Shown here: piece after piece, positions 1 through 12,801 of the stretch | Position numbering within the stretch: the stretch's first letter is position 1 | Layout: each line of letters begins with the position of its first letter | Source of the DNA: Eledone cirrhosa | Lineage: Eukaryota | Length of the DNA stretch: 64,000 bases | Direction of reading: 5' to 3' | NCBI GenBank assembly: GCA_964016885.1 | Contig: OZ024740.1 | Location: 164,238,001 to 164,302,000 of the forward strand | Position numbers and translations under genes: made by a program | The notes under the pieces: model-generated | The model's database searches: none | Seen by the model: the letters and a program-made list of their open reading frames with translations, nothing else | What the model was told of the DNA's origin: nothing

Positions 1-729
1 AAGACAGATAAAACATGTAAACAGAGACGTCTATATGAAAAGAAGCACACATCTGCAACTGCAATAAACACCACACCAAAGCGATCTGACCAACGTGCAA
101 TCGAACCCGGTCCGGCATTGTTGCAAAGCAAACATTTCAATCACACGGGCATTTATGATGCTTGTTGGATTGTCTTAACATTTTCTTTGATTTTCAAGTC
201 TTGTAAATTGATTTCCTTCGTAGTTATTGTGAGGAAAGAACGAAATTGTGTGAGGTTCCATGTATTCATGAAGGACATTAGCAAAGTAAACGAATTGAAT
301 TGGCTTCACTAATGGAGCAGCCGCGGAGACGAAGGAGGGGTAGGATTCGCCATTGGTGTGCAGATCCAGCTAGCCGGAAACATTGCTGTTAAACCTTGTC
401 ACGTGCCATTTTGGGAAAAAGCTCATTGCCTAAAACCTAGCACAGCACTTGAACCAAACATTCTTCACCCACGTTGCCATCGCAGAGTTAAGTGAATAAT
501 AAATAAACTCTTTCGATAAATGACTGCAAACACTTAGCCAAGAATAATAGAATTTTTGTAACTCTAATAAGAATAACATTTAAAACGTAAACATCTGCGT
601 ATATTCCAGACCTGTTCTATATGGGAAAGAGTAGTAGTAGTAACAACAGCAGCAGTTGTAATAGAAGTAGTAGCAGCAGCAGCAGCAGCAAAGGTAGCAG
701 CGACGGCAGCAGCAATCGCAACAGCAGAT

Positions 730-770
<41 letters not shown>

Positions 771-2059
771 TTATTATTATTATTATTATTATTAGTAGTA
801 GTAGTAGTAGTAGTAGTAGTATATTTCTACATCAGCTTTGATTAAGCAAACCTATAATAAAAGCCTTCCTGCTGAAATCATTCCTTTTTTAGAGAGCAAC
901 TTTGATTACATTATACAATGTCTCCGTTCTCTTCTTTAAGGATGACAACTTGTTATTTGAAGGAGAGTTGATTGATACGTCTAGCAGTTCGAGTGACTGT
1001 GTAAAGGCTCCCTTGTTGATACCTGAAAACACGAGATAGATGACAGAACTGAATCTTGAGCAGTTTAGCAATATTAATTTTTTTTTTTTAAATAGCCACA
1101 TTGATACAGTTAAATACAACCTGAATCTTACTGCTTATAATTATATTTTAACGACGATAGTTTAAGTAAAAAATAATTAGACTTGAAATTTAGAGGATGG
1201 GTAATTTGATAGTCAAGTATTTAGTTTTATCAACCCCAGAATCATGAAAGTAAAAGTTGATCTCAGCAAGATTGAAACCCAAAACGTTTCGTCTGATGCT
1301 TTAACGTTTCTTCCAATCTATTGCCCTGAAAGCAATAGAAAAAATAATAGAGTGTACGGTCACACATTAAGATGGTAGGTTGAATGACACTGTTTCATTT
1401 TCATAAGTTTAAGAAATTTGGTACAATAAAAGAGTGGGCTAAAACAAGATAATAACCATGCATTTTACTATCAGAACTATACACAATTAACATTAACAAA
1501 ACCAACAATATTTATTTCATTCTGGCAGTCATAAAGACTATATTGTTAGCGAATGAAATCATGAGAACCATGACGTTCATGCCTTTCCCAAGAACATTAA
1601 CATTGTTAGAGAAATGAAATTGGGCCAATAGGAGAAAAAAAGGTTTCCCCACTGATCAGTTTATGATTCTCTACAATACTCAAAGAAGAGTCACAATAAA
1701 GAATGGAATAATGCTCCCGAAACTAAGACGGTGTTGCTACTACACATATTGACATCGTATACCGATTGGCACACATTTCCTCATTACCCCACACTTTGCC
1801 AACTAGCTCGCAGATTTTCCGTCTCCTCCACCTAGTCTATCACTTCTACAACCAGATCCATCCAATACACGTGTTACCTCCTTGTGACACCCCTTCTGAC
1901 TAATTACTTCTCTTAATTGTTCCAACTAAATGTTTCATACGTCTGGAATTTTCTCACTGACAGCACCTCATATCTCCTCTCCTCGGCAGACGCTGATTTA
2001 CAGCTTGTCTAAAAGATGAAACCAATAAATTAATAAAAGCGCATGAAATGAAACCAAAG

Positions 2060-2185
2060 ATTGAAAAGGGTTAATTTCAATGACCAAATAAGAAAACCAT
2101 ACATTGAAAAGGGTTAATTTTAATGACCAAACAAAGAAACCATACATTGAAAAGGGTTAATTGTAATTACCAAACAAGGAAAGCC
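2060..2185. repeat. ~44-bp tandem repeat, about 3 copies
   Basis: ATTGAAAAGGGTTAATT..AAT.ACCAAA recurs at ~2060, ~2103 and ~2145. Confidence 0.85.
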
Positions 2186-2437
2186 TACGTTGTTATCAGA
2201 AACTCCATATAATGAGCCAGCTGACGTTATAAGTGACAGGGTTAGAATTGTTTCCCTTGTAATTGGTATTGTTATCAGAGATTTGCGTAGTTTTCCCTTT
2301 TAATCACAGTCTGTTAGTTCCCACATTTGAACTGGGCAGTATTTCGTTGTATTCAATCAGAGATTAGTTTCTTCGGAATGTTTATACTACGCAATTGATC
2401 TCGATCTGTTTAACACACGTATACATACACTCCCTTA

Positions 2438-2487
<50 letters not shown>

Positions 2488-2916
2488 TATAAAAGAGAAA
2501 ACACAGGTAAGCATTAAGAGAAGGATTTTATCCAGGTATTTACAACCGTTTCATTGGTAAGTGCAACCTTATATTGCTATACTGCAAATAGCAGCCACTC
2601 AATTATAATTGTTGTTCACAGTCCAAATTTTCAAAATAGTAGTTACTCTTGAAATAATTCTTAATATATAGAGAAAAACATTTATTTGGAATTGTATTTA
2701 CTAGTATAGAGAGAGAGGAATCAGGAGGTGAGGGGACTGACGGAATAGTATATATAGAGAGAGAGAGGATGGGGCAAGAGGTAGGAAGTGGAATGACAAA
2801 CTGAGATGGAGGGAGGGGTAGAGGTGGAAGGATTCTTTGGTCAGTTTTGATAGCAGACTTCATGTCATGGAGTGTAGTGAGTTAAAGAGAATTAAATTGA
2901 TCATAGTGGGAGGGAT

Positions 2917-2974
<58 letters not shown>

Positions 2975-3122
2975 GGGAGATATAAAGAGATAAATATATA
3001 TATAAGTTGTAAAAAAAATGAAAACGAAATTTCATTTCTCACTCTTAGTTCGGCATTTACTTAAATGTAAGTATGTATGTATACGTACATACATATATGT
3101 ATACAGACGTACAGTAGCATGC

Positions 3123-3195
<73 letters not shown>

Positions 3196-3365
3196 CATAT
3201 ACACATATACATACAGGTACACATACATATATGTACGCATCAGTTTAGCGGACGCTTATTATAGCGCCCGCTTTGTTCGTTTGTAAATAAACTGAACAGC
3301 CTGAATTTATGCCGCACGGTGTTAAGGCAACCACGTCACCTTTTTGTTCAACACTGGCACAGGAA

Positions 3366-3406
3366 CGATGTACTAGTTTCAAGCTTGTTAGCTATCATCA
3401 GCACCG
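3366..3406 (-). ncRNA. Minimal type-I hammerhead ribozyme motif
   Basis: Minus strand reads CGGTG CTGATGA T AGC TAACAA GCT T GAAA CTAG TA CATCG: stem I CGGTG/CATCG, intact core, palindromic stem III ACTAGT, GUA cleavage triplet. Confidence 0.85.
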
Positions 3407-3647
3407 TATACCCATCTGCCGGATCGTTGAACGTTCGAAAGTATATACTTTCCTTATGAAAATTAACGGCTGAGCAGCCTAATTTGCATATCCAGTGAGT
3501 TAAATCGGTCAGGCGCACCGAAAACGATGAGTTGTAAAAAAAATGAAAACGAAATTTCATTTCTCACTCTTAGTACGGCACTTACTTAAATGTAAGTATG
3601 TATGCATACGTACATACATATATGTATACAGACGTACAGTAGCATGC

Positions 3648-3730
<83 letters not shown>

Positions 3731-3899
3731 CATATACACATATACATACAGGTACACATACATATATGTACGCATTAGTTTAGCGGACGCTTATTATAGC
3801 GCCCGCTTTGTTCGTTTGTAAATAAACTGACAGCCTGAATTTATGCCGCACGGTTTTAAGGCAACCACGTCACCTTTTTGTTCAACACTGGCACAGGAA

Positions 3900-3940
3900 C
3901 GATGTACTAGTTTCAAGCTTGTTAGCTATCATCAGCACCG
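3900..3940 (-). ncRNA. Minimal type-I hammerhead ribozyme motif (second tandem copy)
   Basis: Identical to the 3366-3406 motif. Confidence 0.85.
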
Positions 3941-4237
3941 TATACCCGCTAAACTGATGCGTACATATATGTATGTGCATATATATGTATATATATGCAT
4001 GCTACTGTACGTCTATATACATATATGTATGTACGTATACATACATACTTACATTTAAGTAAGTGCCGTACTAAGAGTGAGAAATGAAATTTCGTTTTCA
4101 TTTTTTTTACAACTCATTGTTTTGGGTGCGCCTGACCGATTTAACTCAATCGATATGCAAATTAGGCTGCTCAGCCGTTAATTTTCATAAGGAAAGTATA
4201 TACTTTCGAACGTTCAACGATCTGGCAGATGGGTATA

Positions 4238-4278
4238 CGGTGTTGATGATAGCTAACAAGCTTGAAACTAGTACATCG
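4238..4278 (+). ncRNA. Hammerhead motif, C3U core variant
   Basis: CGGTG TTGATGA TAGCTAACAAGCTT GAAA CTAG TA CATCG. Confidence 0.7.
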
Positions 4279-4452
4279 TTCCTGTGCCATTGTTGAACAA
4301 AAAAGTGACGTGGTTGCCTTAACACCGTGCAGCATAAATTCAGGCTGTTCAGTTTATTTACAAACGAACAAAGCGGGCGCTATAATAAGCGTCTGCTAAA
4401 CTGATGCGTACATATATGTATGTGTACCTGTATGTATACGTGTATATGTATG

Positions 4453-4526
<74 letters not shown>

Positions 4527-4764
4527 TGCTACTGTACGTCTGTATACATATATGTATGTACGTATACATACATACTTACATTTAAGTAAGTGCCGTACTA
4601 AGAGTGAAAAATGAAATTTCGTTTTCATTTTTTTTACAACTCATTGTTTTCGGTGCGCCTGACCGATTTAACTCACTCGATATGCAAATTAGGCTGCTCA
4701 GCCGTTAATTTTCATAAGGAAAGTATATACTTTCGAACGTTCAACGATCTGGCAGATGGGTATA

Positions 4765-4805
4765 CGGTGTTGATGATAGCTAACAAGCTTGAAACTAGTA
4801 CATCG
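4765..4805 (+). ncRNA. Hammerhead motif, C3U core variant
   Basis: Same sequence as 4238-4278. Confidence 0.7.
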
Positions 4806-4975
4806 TTCCTGTGCCAGTGTTGAACAAAAAGGTGACGTGGTTGCCTTAACACCGTGCGGCATAAATTCAGGCTGTTCAGTTTATTTACAAACGAACAAAG
4901 CGGGCGCTATAATAAGCGTCCGTTAAACTGATGCGTACATATATGTATGTGTACCTGTATGTATATGTGTATATG

Positions 4976-5036
<61 letters not shown>

Positions 5037-5096
5037 ACATATGCATGCTACTGTACGTCTGTATACATATATGTATGTACGTATACATACATACTT

Positions 5097-5158
<62 letters not shown>

Positions 5159-5344
5159 AAATAAAGATAAAGATAATAATGACAAAAATAAAAGCACAGA
5201 AGGGGGTGAGAAAGAAGAAAAGAAAAGATAGCCATGAAGGGGAGGGAAGGAAGGAAGAAAACGAAGAAATAGAAGAGGAATGAGGGAGAAGAGGGGGATA
5301 TATGTATTGGTTACGATCGTGCATTTTACTTATGTAATATTAAT

Positions 5345-5536
5345 AGTTTCTGATTTAGGCACAATGCCAGACATTTTTGGAGGAGAGGAAAGTCGATTAA
5401 ATCGACGCCCTGTGCGTGAATAGTACTTTATTAATCGACCCTGTAAGGATGAAAGGCAATGTTAACCTCGGCGGAATTTGAACCCGTAACTCTATGCCAC
5501 GAAGCATATTGTCCGACGCTACCAGCCCATCACCCT
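5345..5536 (-). mobile_element. tRNA-derived SINE, diverged
   Basis: B-box-like GGTTCAAATTCC on minus plus the shared family core (GTAAGGATGAAAGGCAA..TTAACCTCGGCGG on +). Confidence 0.8.
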
Positions 5537-5921
5537 ACTAATATAATATTAATGACAACACCAACATATTTCTTTTATCATCAACCCTTCTGAGATTACA
5601 AGTATATATTTATTCAATGATCATATAAAAGCGGAAATAAATATTCTCAGTGGTTTTTGTCTCTATCGCCCTTATCTGTCTGTTTTTGTTCTTTCTTTCT
5701 TTCCAGCCGTTGTTCTGTTTATTTTTCTTCTTTTATGACATTGGGTAAATAATTGAGGAAATAGAGCAGAAGCTCTTGGGTGGAATCAAAGTCGAGTAAA
5801 ATTCAGGTCAGAAGTGAGTTTTACTATATTGAAGGAAGAATTAGCAAGCAAATTTATTCAACAATTGGATATATAAAACATAAGGCAAATAGCCTACTAC
5901 GAATGTGTGTCAGAGCGTATG

Positions 5922-6015
<94 letters not shown>

Positions 6016-6073
6016 AATATATATATATCATATATCGTACATATATATATACACACGTACATACACGCAGACC

Positions 6074-6153
<80 letters not shown>

Positions 6154-6226
6154 ATATATATATATGTATATATAATATAATATATTTACATACTCTCTCT
6201 CTCACACATATATATATATAAAATTG

Positions 6227-6372
6227 AATATAGAAATGGCTTCTACAAGACAGATTTCTTTCGAATGAAACAGTTCTAGTCCAGTAGAAGCCATTTCTAT
6301 ATTTAATTTTGTATATACTCTACTAATGTATTGAGTACTTCATCTACTGGTTACCCCCGATTGAACCCGGGA

Positions 6373-6373
<1 letters not shown>
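6227..6373. mobile_element. Fold-back copy of a short repeat family (also at 15245-15300 and 63583-63730)
   Basis: Arms AATATAGAAATGGCTTCTAC / GTAGAAGCCATTTCTATATT; the GGTTACCCCCGATTGAACCCGGGA block matches ~63587-63610 in reverse complement. Confidence 0.7.
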
Positions 6374-6422
<49 letters not shown>

Positions 6423-6630
6423 TGTGTGTGCGTGTGTATACACTGTGTACAGAGCAAACTGACTAAAGAAACATACGAGTATAATCACTGGAAGACATTT
6501 TTCCAGACATAATTTTTCCAGACATAATTTATCTAGAAATGCATTGGTCATTATGCCATATTTCCAGTTTGAAATGTTAGCATTGGATTTAAGGGAGATT
6601 TCACTGCTGTTTCCAGAAGATTAAACAAAC

Positions 6631-6686
<56 letters not shown>

Positions 6687-7064
6687 AGACACAACGCAGT
6701 CTATGGTTTACAAACGGCTAGCGAATTTGAAAATTAGGTAGTAACGTGTGTTCAAGACATATTTAAAAAAACCCTCTGAATGAAAAAAAGGATGAGTATT
6801 GATGTTCATGGGATACGAACCCACATCTTTACACCAACACGCCACCCATGCCACCCATATATATCTATATATCTATACTATAAAGCTGACGGCTGTATGT
6901 AAGTAGCAAACTTTCCGCCAAGTGGCTGGACCAAACAGCATCAAATTTGTACCATAGGTGTAACTTTTTCCAAGTAAGAAAGTGAGGGTATTTTTGTCTA
7001 CTGAATTTTGTTAAAAGATTAAAGACATTATTTAAATATTCACTTCTTTAAAATTTTCAAATGT

Positions 7065-7256
7065 CAACGCTTCCGGTTATACGTCATTCCTAACGTCTTC
7101 ACGAACCAAAGTATCATCTTCCTGTTTTCTTTCGGTTGCAACGTTTTTCGAAATATTTACTTCTGCGTTCACAGATTGATTTTTTTAGTTTCAGAGTTCC
7201 CGTTAAGGGTGAAAGCAGCGATTCTTTGCTTAAACTTTAATCTGTTATTTTAATAT
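7065..7256 (+). mobile_element. Solo fragment of the Penelope pseudo-LTR
   Basis: CACGAACCAAAGTATC...CGGTTGCAACGTTTTT...AGGGTGAAAGCAGCGATTC...TAATCTGTTATTTTAAT matches ~34930-35090; hammerhead core damaged (CAGAGTT). Confidence 0.85.
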
Positions 7257-7315
7257 ATATATATATAATTATGTATTTGTGTAGAGATATTTTTGCATAC
7301 ACAAACATAAAATAT

Positions 7316-7555
7316 AAACAAACGTATTTATTTCACGAAAGCACAGACGGCTTATCGTCATTGTTACTGCCGAGATGCCACCCAAAATATCCCAGCCTGG
7401 CCGCAAGATCAGATTTTCCAGAAGAAAAAATGTTATAACAAACGTATTTATTTCACGAAAGCACAGACTGCTTATCGTCATTGTTACTGCCGATATGCCA
7501 CCCAAAAAGTACTAGCCTGGCCGCAAGATCAGATTTTCCAGAAGAAAAAATGTTA
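7316..7555. repeat. 120-bp tandem duplication
   Basis: AACGTATTTATTTCACGAAAGCACAGAC at 7321 and 7441. Confidence 0.95.
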
Positions 7556-7569
7556 CTAGAGCAACAGAG

Positions 7570-7759
7570 AGATTAAGCTTCGCGATTATCATCAACAAAG
7601 CTCAGGGTCAAACCCTAAAAGTGGCTGGCCTTCATCTGGGAAAACCATGGTCAATTCTATGTAGGATGCTCTAGGTTGAGCTCGCCAAACAATTTTTTCA
7701 TCTTTGCTCCCGAGGGGCGAACAAAAATTATTGTATACTCTGAGGCTCTAACAATGTAA
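7570..7759 (+). pseudogene. Helitron PIF1-like helicase C-terminal fragment
   Basis: Translates RLSFAIIINKAQGQTLKVAGLHLGKP / HGQFYVGCSRLSSPNNFFIFAPEGRTKIIVYSEAL with a frame change, matching the family pattern FAMTINKSQGQT..HGQLYVALSR..TKNIVY.E. Confidence 0.85.
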
Positions 7760-9702
7760 TTTATGTATTTTCTGTTACTTGGAATTTCCATTATGGTTGT
7801 ACAAATTATTGTAAAGTTTGTTAAAAAATGTGTTCTCTGTTCAACCTTTATTGTTGTAACTATCAATTTTCTTTAACGTACTGGCTGAGAAAAGAAACCT
7901 ACAATGAAAGAACATCTTAAAGTATACCCAAGCCAAATGTTGTATTTATTAACATTTCTATCTGCAGGTTCTTAGCAAGCTTACTGGCGCTTTAGTATGG
8001 TATTCAATTCTCATATAGCTTTTGATTGATATGGTGCATTCATATGTTTTAAACATTAGATAATGATTGCTGATGTATATTGTATGACAGAATTAGTTGA
8101 AAATATTTTGAATGAACAAATAAAAGAGATATAAAAGAGAGATGTTTGTTGGTTGGTTCCTTCGCGTATCACACGACGGAAAGTGACAATCGGAAAGTAT
8201 GTACAGGATTGGGATAATAGTATATCAAGGAAAGTTTATTAATACTAATTTTATAACACCAAAGAAGAAGAAAGACATACCACGTATGCTAACCAACCTG
8301 ACTGCTATTTCTTGCAGGTTAGGAATCAACCATAAGGATTCTCTCTGCGAGTTCGTTGTCAGTGATGATCGTGTTTCGCGGCCTATGTCTCCGATTCCAA
8401 CGATGGTTTACACACAAACACACACACACACACACGCAGACATGCCCACGCACACGCACACACACTCACACACGCACACGAACACACACATACACACACA
8501 CATATATATATACATACACACACGAACACTCACACACACACACACATATATATATACACAAAAACAGGCAAACATACACCCACACAATATATATATATAT
8601 ATAATATAAAACGAAAAATCATGACGTGCAGACACCAGAGAGGGTGCACACTGTCCGCATGGAATCCACCGGGAAGCCCAGGCTAAAGGCATGCGGCGGG
8701 GCGTGCGCCGGCCAGAGCGGCGAAACGGGTTCAAGGAATCAGACACCATACCCTGATGACTACATATGCCCCGTGGGACAAACGGAAATAACCTGGTATG
8801 CATATCCGACTCTGCACGTCACCCTAGGCAGGAACATCGCTTGAGCCGGGGCAGGTTGACCCGGATTCCACTGACTTTCAGTCATATGCATTACACCTAT
8901 GGGTCAATATACCTCAACCACAGTGACATACTCCAGTATGGCCGGACCAAGCACCCCCATGCATGTGTATCTCTTCAATAGAGAGTCCATACTCTCCACG
9001 TATTCCGTCTTGTAACACATATTATATATTCTGTATATCCCATGCTTCTCCTGTGTACTATCTCATACGCACACACGTTCCTCCTTCTTCTTTTTTATAT
9101 ATCTCTATGTGACGTTATATCTATACTTTTAATATATTGCACGTTTATTTTTATATATGTGTATATACATATGTGTATATATAGATGTATATATATATGT
9201 GTAGATATATGTGTGTGTATATATGTATGTGCATGGTTATATTGTTTATATATGTGCATGCTTATAATAAGATGCATCATTTCATGTATGACCCATTCTA
9301 TGACCCATTGTGTATCTTTATATGACTTTGTGTATATATCCTATCTGTGTGTGTATATATATATAGCAAATAAATGATTTAAATGATTTAAATGATTTAA
9401 ATGATTTAAGCAAATAAATGATTTAAACTGAACTGTGATTCATGTAATTTCTATATAACTGCTCTGTAAAACAACTGATGTTATTACATTGAGCTATTTA
9501 TCTTACTGGTAATAAGATAGTAATGAATTACTGTCTTTCACTGTTTAGGGTTTAAAATATATATAACTATAAAAGGTTCTAGTATATACATAACCATAAA
9601 TAGTATCCTTAATACTATATATATATATATATGTATGTATATTTGTAGGCGTGCGTGGGCCTGTATGTGAATAAACGCATATTTGTAAGAGTGTATATGA
9701 GC

Positions 9703-9738
<36 letters not shown>

Positions 9739-10448
9739 AAGCACCCAATGTAGCGAAAGGGGTTGTTTATGTGTGTGTATATATATATATATATATATGT
9801 ATGTGTATATATATGTATGTATATATATATATATGTAATAAAATATAGAGAAAAATACTGCAGGTAGCACATGGATAACATGTAATAAAATGAGTCCCTC
9901 ATCAGTGATTTGCCGACGATCATCGATATTTCATTGCATTAAAAATCATATACCTCACGTCGGTGCAATAATAACCAAAATAAGTTATTAGGACAATTGA
10001 AACGCGTAAAGCGAGTGAGACAGGAGAACAACACAGAGTATAGCTAACCGTAGGGGAAAGAAACAAGCTTCAAAATTATTCTGTTTAGCATAAGCTAGGT
10101 GAATATATGAGCGCTTTTAGAAAACAGACCTGACACGAACTCTGGCCATGTGAGGAGAGAGAAAAATAGCCTTCGTGGTGTACAGGATGAAATGAAGAGA
10201 AGAGAAACAGTGAGTGAGTGAAAGTGTGAGGAAGAGTTAACTGACATGACAGATGTGTGTGTGTATGTATGTGTGTGTATATATATATATATATATGTGT
10301 GTTTGTGAGCGAGTCTGTATCTGTGCCTGTATATGGGCATGTAGGCAGGCGTCTGTGCATGAATAAGTTTATGTTTTTTTTTATTTGTTCTCCTTAAGTG
10401 TGTGTGTATAGCGGAAGTCTATGCGTACGGATGTTGTCATCTATGTGA

Positions 10449-10488
<40 letters not shown>

Positions 10489-10942
10489 GCGGGCGTGCGT
10501 GTGTGTGTGTGTGTATGTGCGTGTGTGTGTATATGTGTGTGTGGGTGCGCGCGTGGACGTGTGAACTACTGGCAGAAGGGAACAGCTATGGTCAGTGGAA
10601 TTCACACCTGTTGGTCAGATTTATGATGACGTAGAAAAGCAGCAGCCAATAACAGGACGCGCGAAGAGGATGTTTTTGACGATAACACGCCAGTGACGAA
10701 ATTTGTCCGGAAATCATTAGACGTGTCCATCGAACCTGCAGATCCAGAATCAGACAGATCCACACAATGATCGTGTTTCGAGCTGTCCGCCGGCGAAACA
10801 ATTGTAACACACAATAAATTAAGTTCAGATGCATCACTGATTTTTCGTTTTATATTATATCACACTCTGCTCTGTAAGAGCATAGAGTGCTCAACCGGCA
10901 TACCGCCTATGGAAGCACCTTAGCTACCATCAGACACACACA

Positions 10943-11000
<58 letters not shown>

Positions 11001-11036
11001 TATATATATATATACACAGACACACACACACACACA

Positions 11037-11120
<84 letters not shown>

Positions 11121-11130
11121 CACACACACG

Positions 11131-11187
<57 letters not shown>

Positions 11188-11519
11188 ATGTATATCTGTG
11201 TTTTGAACAATGACAATAAAACAAAATCGGAGAGTTTAAAAAAAAAAACATTTTTTACTAGATTATACCTAACTTTTATTGAAAACTATATTTTACAAAA
11301 AGAAGTTATACAATGATGGAAATATGAAAAAGACAGATAAAAACAAAAGTAATGAGGAGAGAGGGAAGGGGTAAAGAAGGGCAAATATGGCTGTATGGGA
11401 AAGAAGAGTAAAATACTATAAATGCCATGAATGAAAGGAAAAGGAGGGGAAAAGCGAGTACTTGGGTCATGGAAGAAAGGGAGGGAGAAGGGAAGAGGAT
11501 GATGGACTCTGTGCCTAGG

Positions 11520-11735
11520 GCGGGGTGGTGTTTCGGCTGCGCCCCGTGGACACAACTGCAAAAGCATTTCTGCGGATATTGGCCAACGTCACCCGCTGCA
11601 ACAGCCACCACATCTCGTGGGGCTCCTTCCTCAGACGGGTCACTGGTGTTCTGATTTTGTGGAGGAGCTCCAAGTACACCTGATGTCTTGACAGTGACCG
11701 GTGCAACGATCGTTTCATGGGGCTGATTGATCATG
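11520..11735 (-). mobile_element. 3' fragment of a CRE-like non-LTR retrotransposon (restriction-like endonuclease tail)
   Basis: PVTVKTSGVLG and, in another frame, EPHEMWWLLQRVTLANIRRNAFAVV; resembles P.A.ET.G..G ... QRLSLAIQRGNA. Confidence 0.7.
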
Positions 11736-12585
11736 ATATATCGATATATTGGCTAGTAGAGAGGGGTTTTCCGCCCCTATTACTAATCGCGACATCCTAG
11801 ATACATCTCATTATCTTCCTCAAAAACAAGAGTTCAGAAAGATTGTTTTATTATAAAGTTTTTTACTTGTAAAAAAGATTATTATTCGATTTTCTTTCAT
11901 AATTATTAGCATTACATACGTACATAAACGCAGAATATTACGGAGTCGATAAAATAAAGTACCAGTAATGCACTGGGATAATTGCTGGCCTCGTGCCAAA
12001 AGTAGAAAAAATAATTATTGATAGCAATATAACAATCATTTTTAGAAAGTTGAAATATAACAGTCATTGAATTTAAGTGACTGTGTTTATCTTTTGTTAG
12101 CAGACGATAATTACTTGTGTGTATAATTGTTTGGAGGAGAGAGGGAACATGGCTGCTCTTTCTAGTAGAAACTGCACATAACTAAGAAATTTCAAATAAC
12201 CTTGCGGTTATTCATTACGGTTAATTGAATTAAGAATGAATGTCAAGAAACGGTATTAGATTTTTAACCTATTTTCATTAATATATATATACTTTCTAAG
12301 CATATACACGCATACATGTATAAATTACTGTAATGGACCATAATACTTAAAAATTTAGATTCTTAATAAACTCAGCTAACACCTCTGGCAAATACTAATA
12401 AAATTTAAGACAGATGTTTTCAATAATAGAGCCAAATATAGCATGCACTCTATGTATCGCATAGCTTCTTTACATACTCTCATTTGTTTCCCACTCTTTC
12501 CTTTTTATATACCTCTCTCTTGACCTTCCTCTATTCCTCACTACTATATATATTAATGCCACACACTGCCATTTCTTGATAAACA

Positions 12586-12627
<42 letters not shown>

Positions 12628-12709
12628 TCCCTCTGTATATATATATATACAAACACACACACACGCGCACACACACATACACGCATACACGCACACATAT
12701 ATATGTGTA

Positions 12710-12801
12710 TAGAAGAAGAAGAAGAAGAAGAAGAAGAAGAAGAAGAAGAAGAAGAAGAAGAAGAAGAAGAAGAAGAAGAAGAAGAAGAAGAAGAAGAAGA
12801 A
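12710..12801. repeat. (GAA)n microsatellite
   Basis: About 30 pure GAA units. Confidence 0.98.

Larger units (their letters stand above)
3005..5099. mobile_element. Tandem and inverted array of a ~530-bp non-coding unit carrying a hammerhead motif (retrozyme-like / non-autonomous Penelope-type)
   Basis: Near-identical units; hammerhead spacing is 534 bp (3366 to 3900) and 527 bp (4238 to 4765); orientation flips at ~3948; each unit contains a (TA)n tract. Confidence 0.8.
6872..7760 (+). mobile_element. Internally deleted Helitron remnant
   Basis: TCTATACTATAAAG 5' start typical of Helitrons, and PIF1-helicase C-terminal motifs at 7570-7759; no 3' CTRR end located; linking the two parts is inference. 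Confidence 0.55.

Noticed and set aside
90-155. tRNA-like B-box on minus (also ~6808-6850 and the SINE heads) as tRNA genes
   Set aside because: No complete cloverleaf; consistent with SINE heads
889-1023. Possible terminal exon on minus (TTTTCAG|GTATC, frame GINKGAFTQS...VAL*)
   Set aside because: No recognisable domain, partner exon or transcript evidence; cannot be supported
2837-6551. Many short IYIY, ERER and HTHT ORFs here and across the window
   Set aside because: They are translations of (TA)n, (GA)n and (CA)n microsatellites
10660-10815. Hammerhead-like pieces (TTGACGA..GAAA; GAAACAATTGTA ACAC)
   Set aside because: The core and stem I cannot be assembled into one motif
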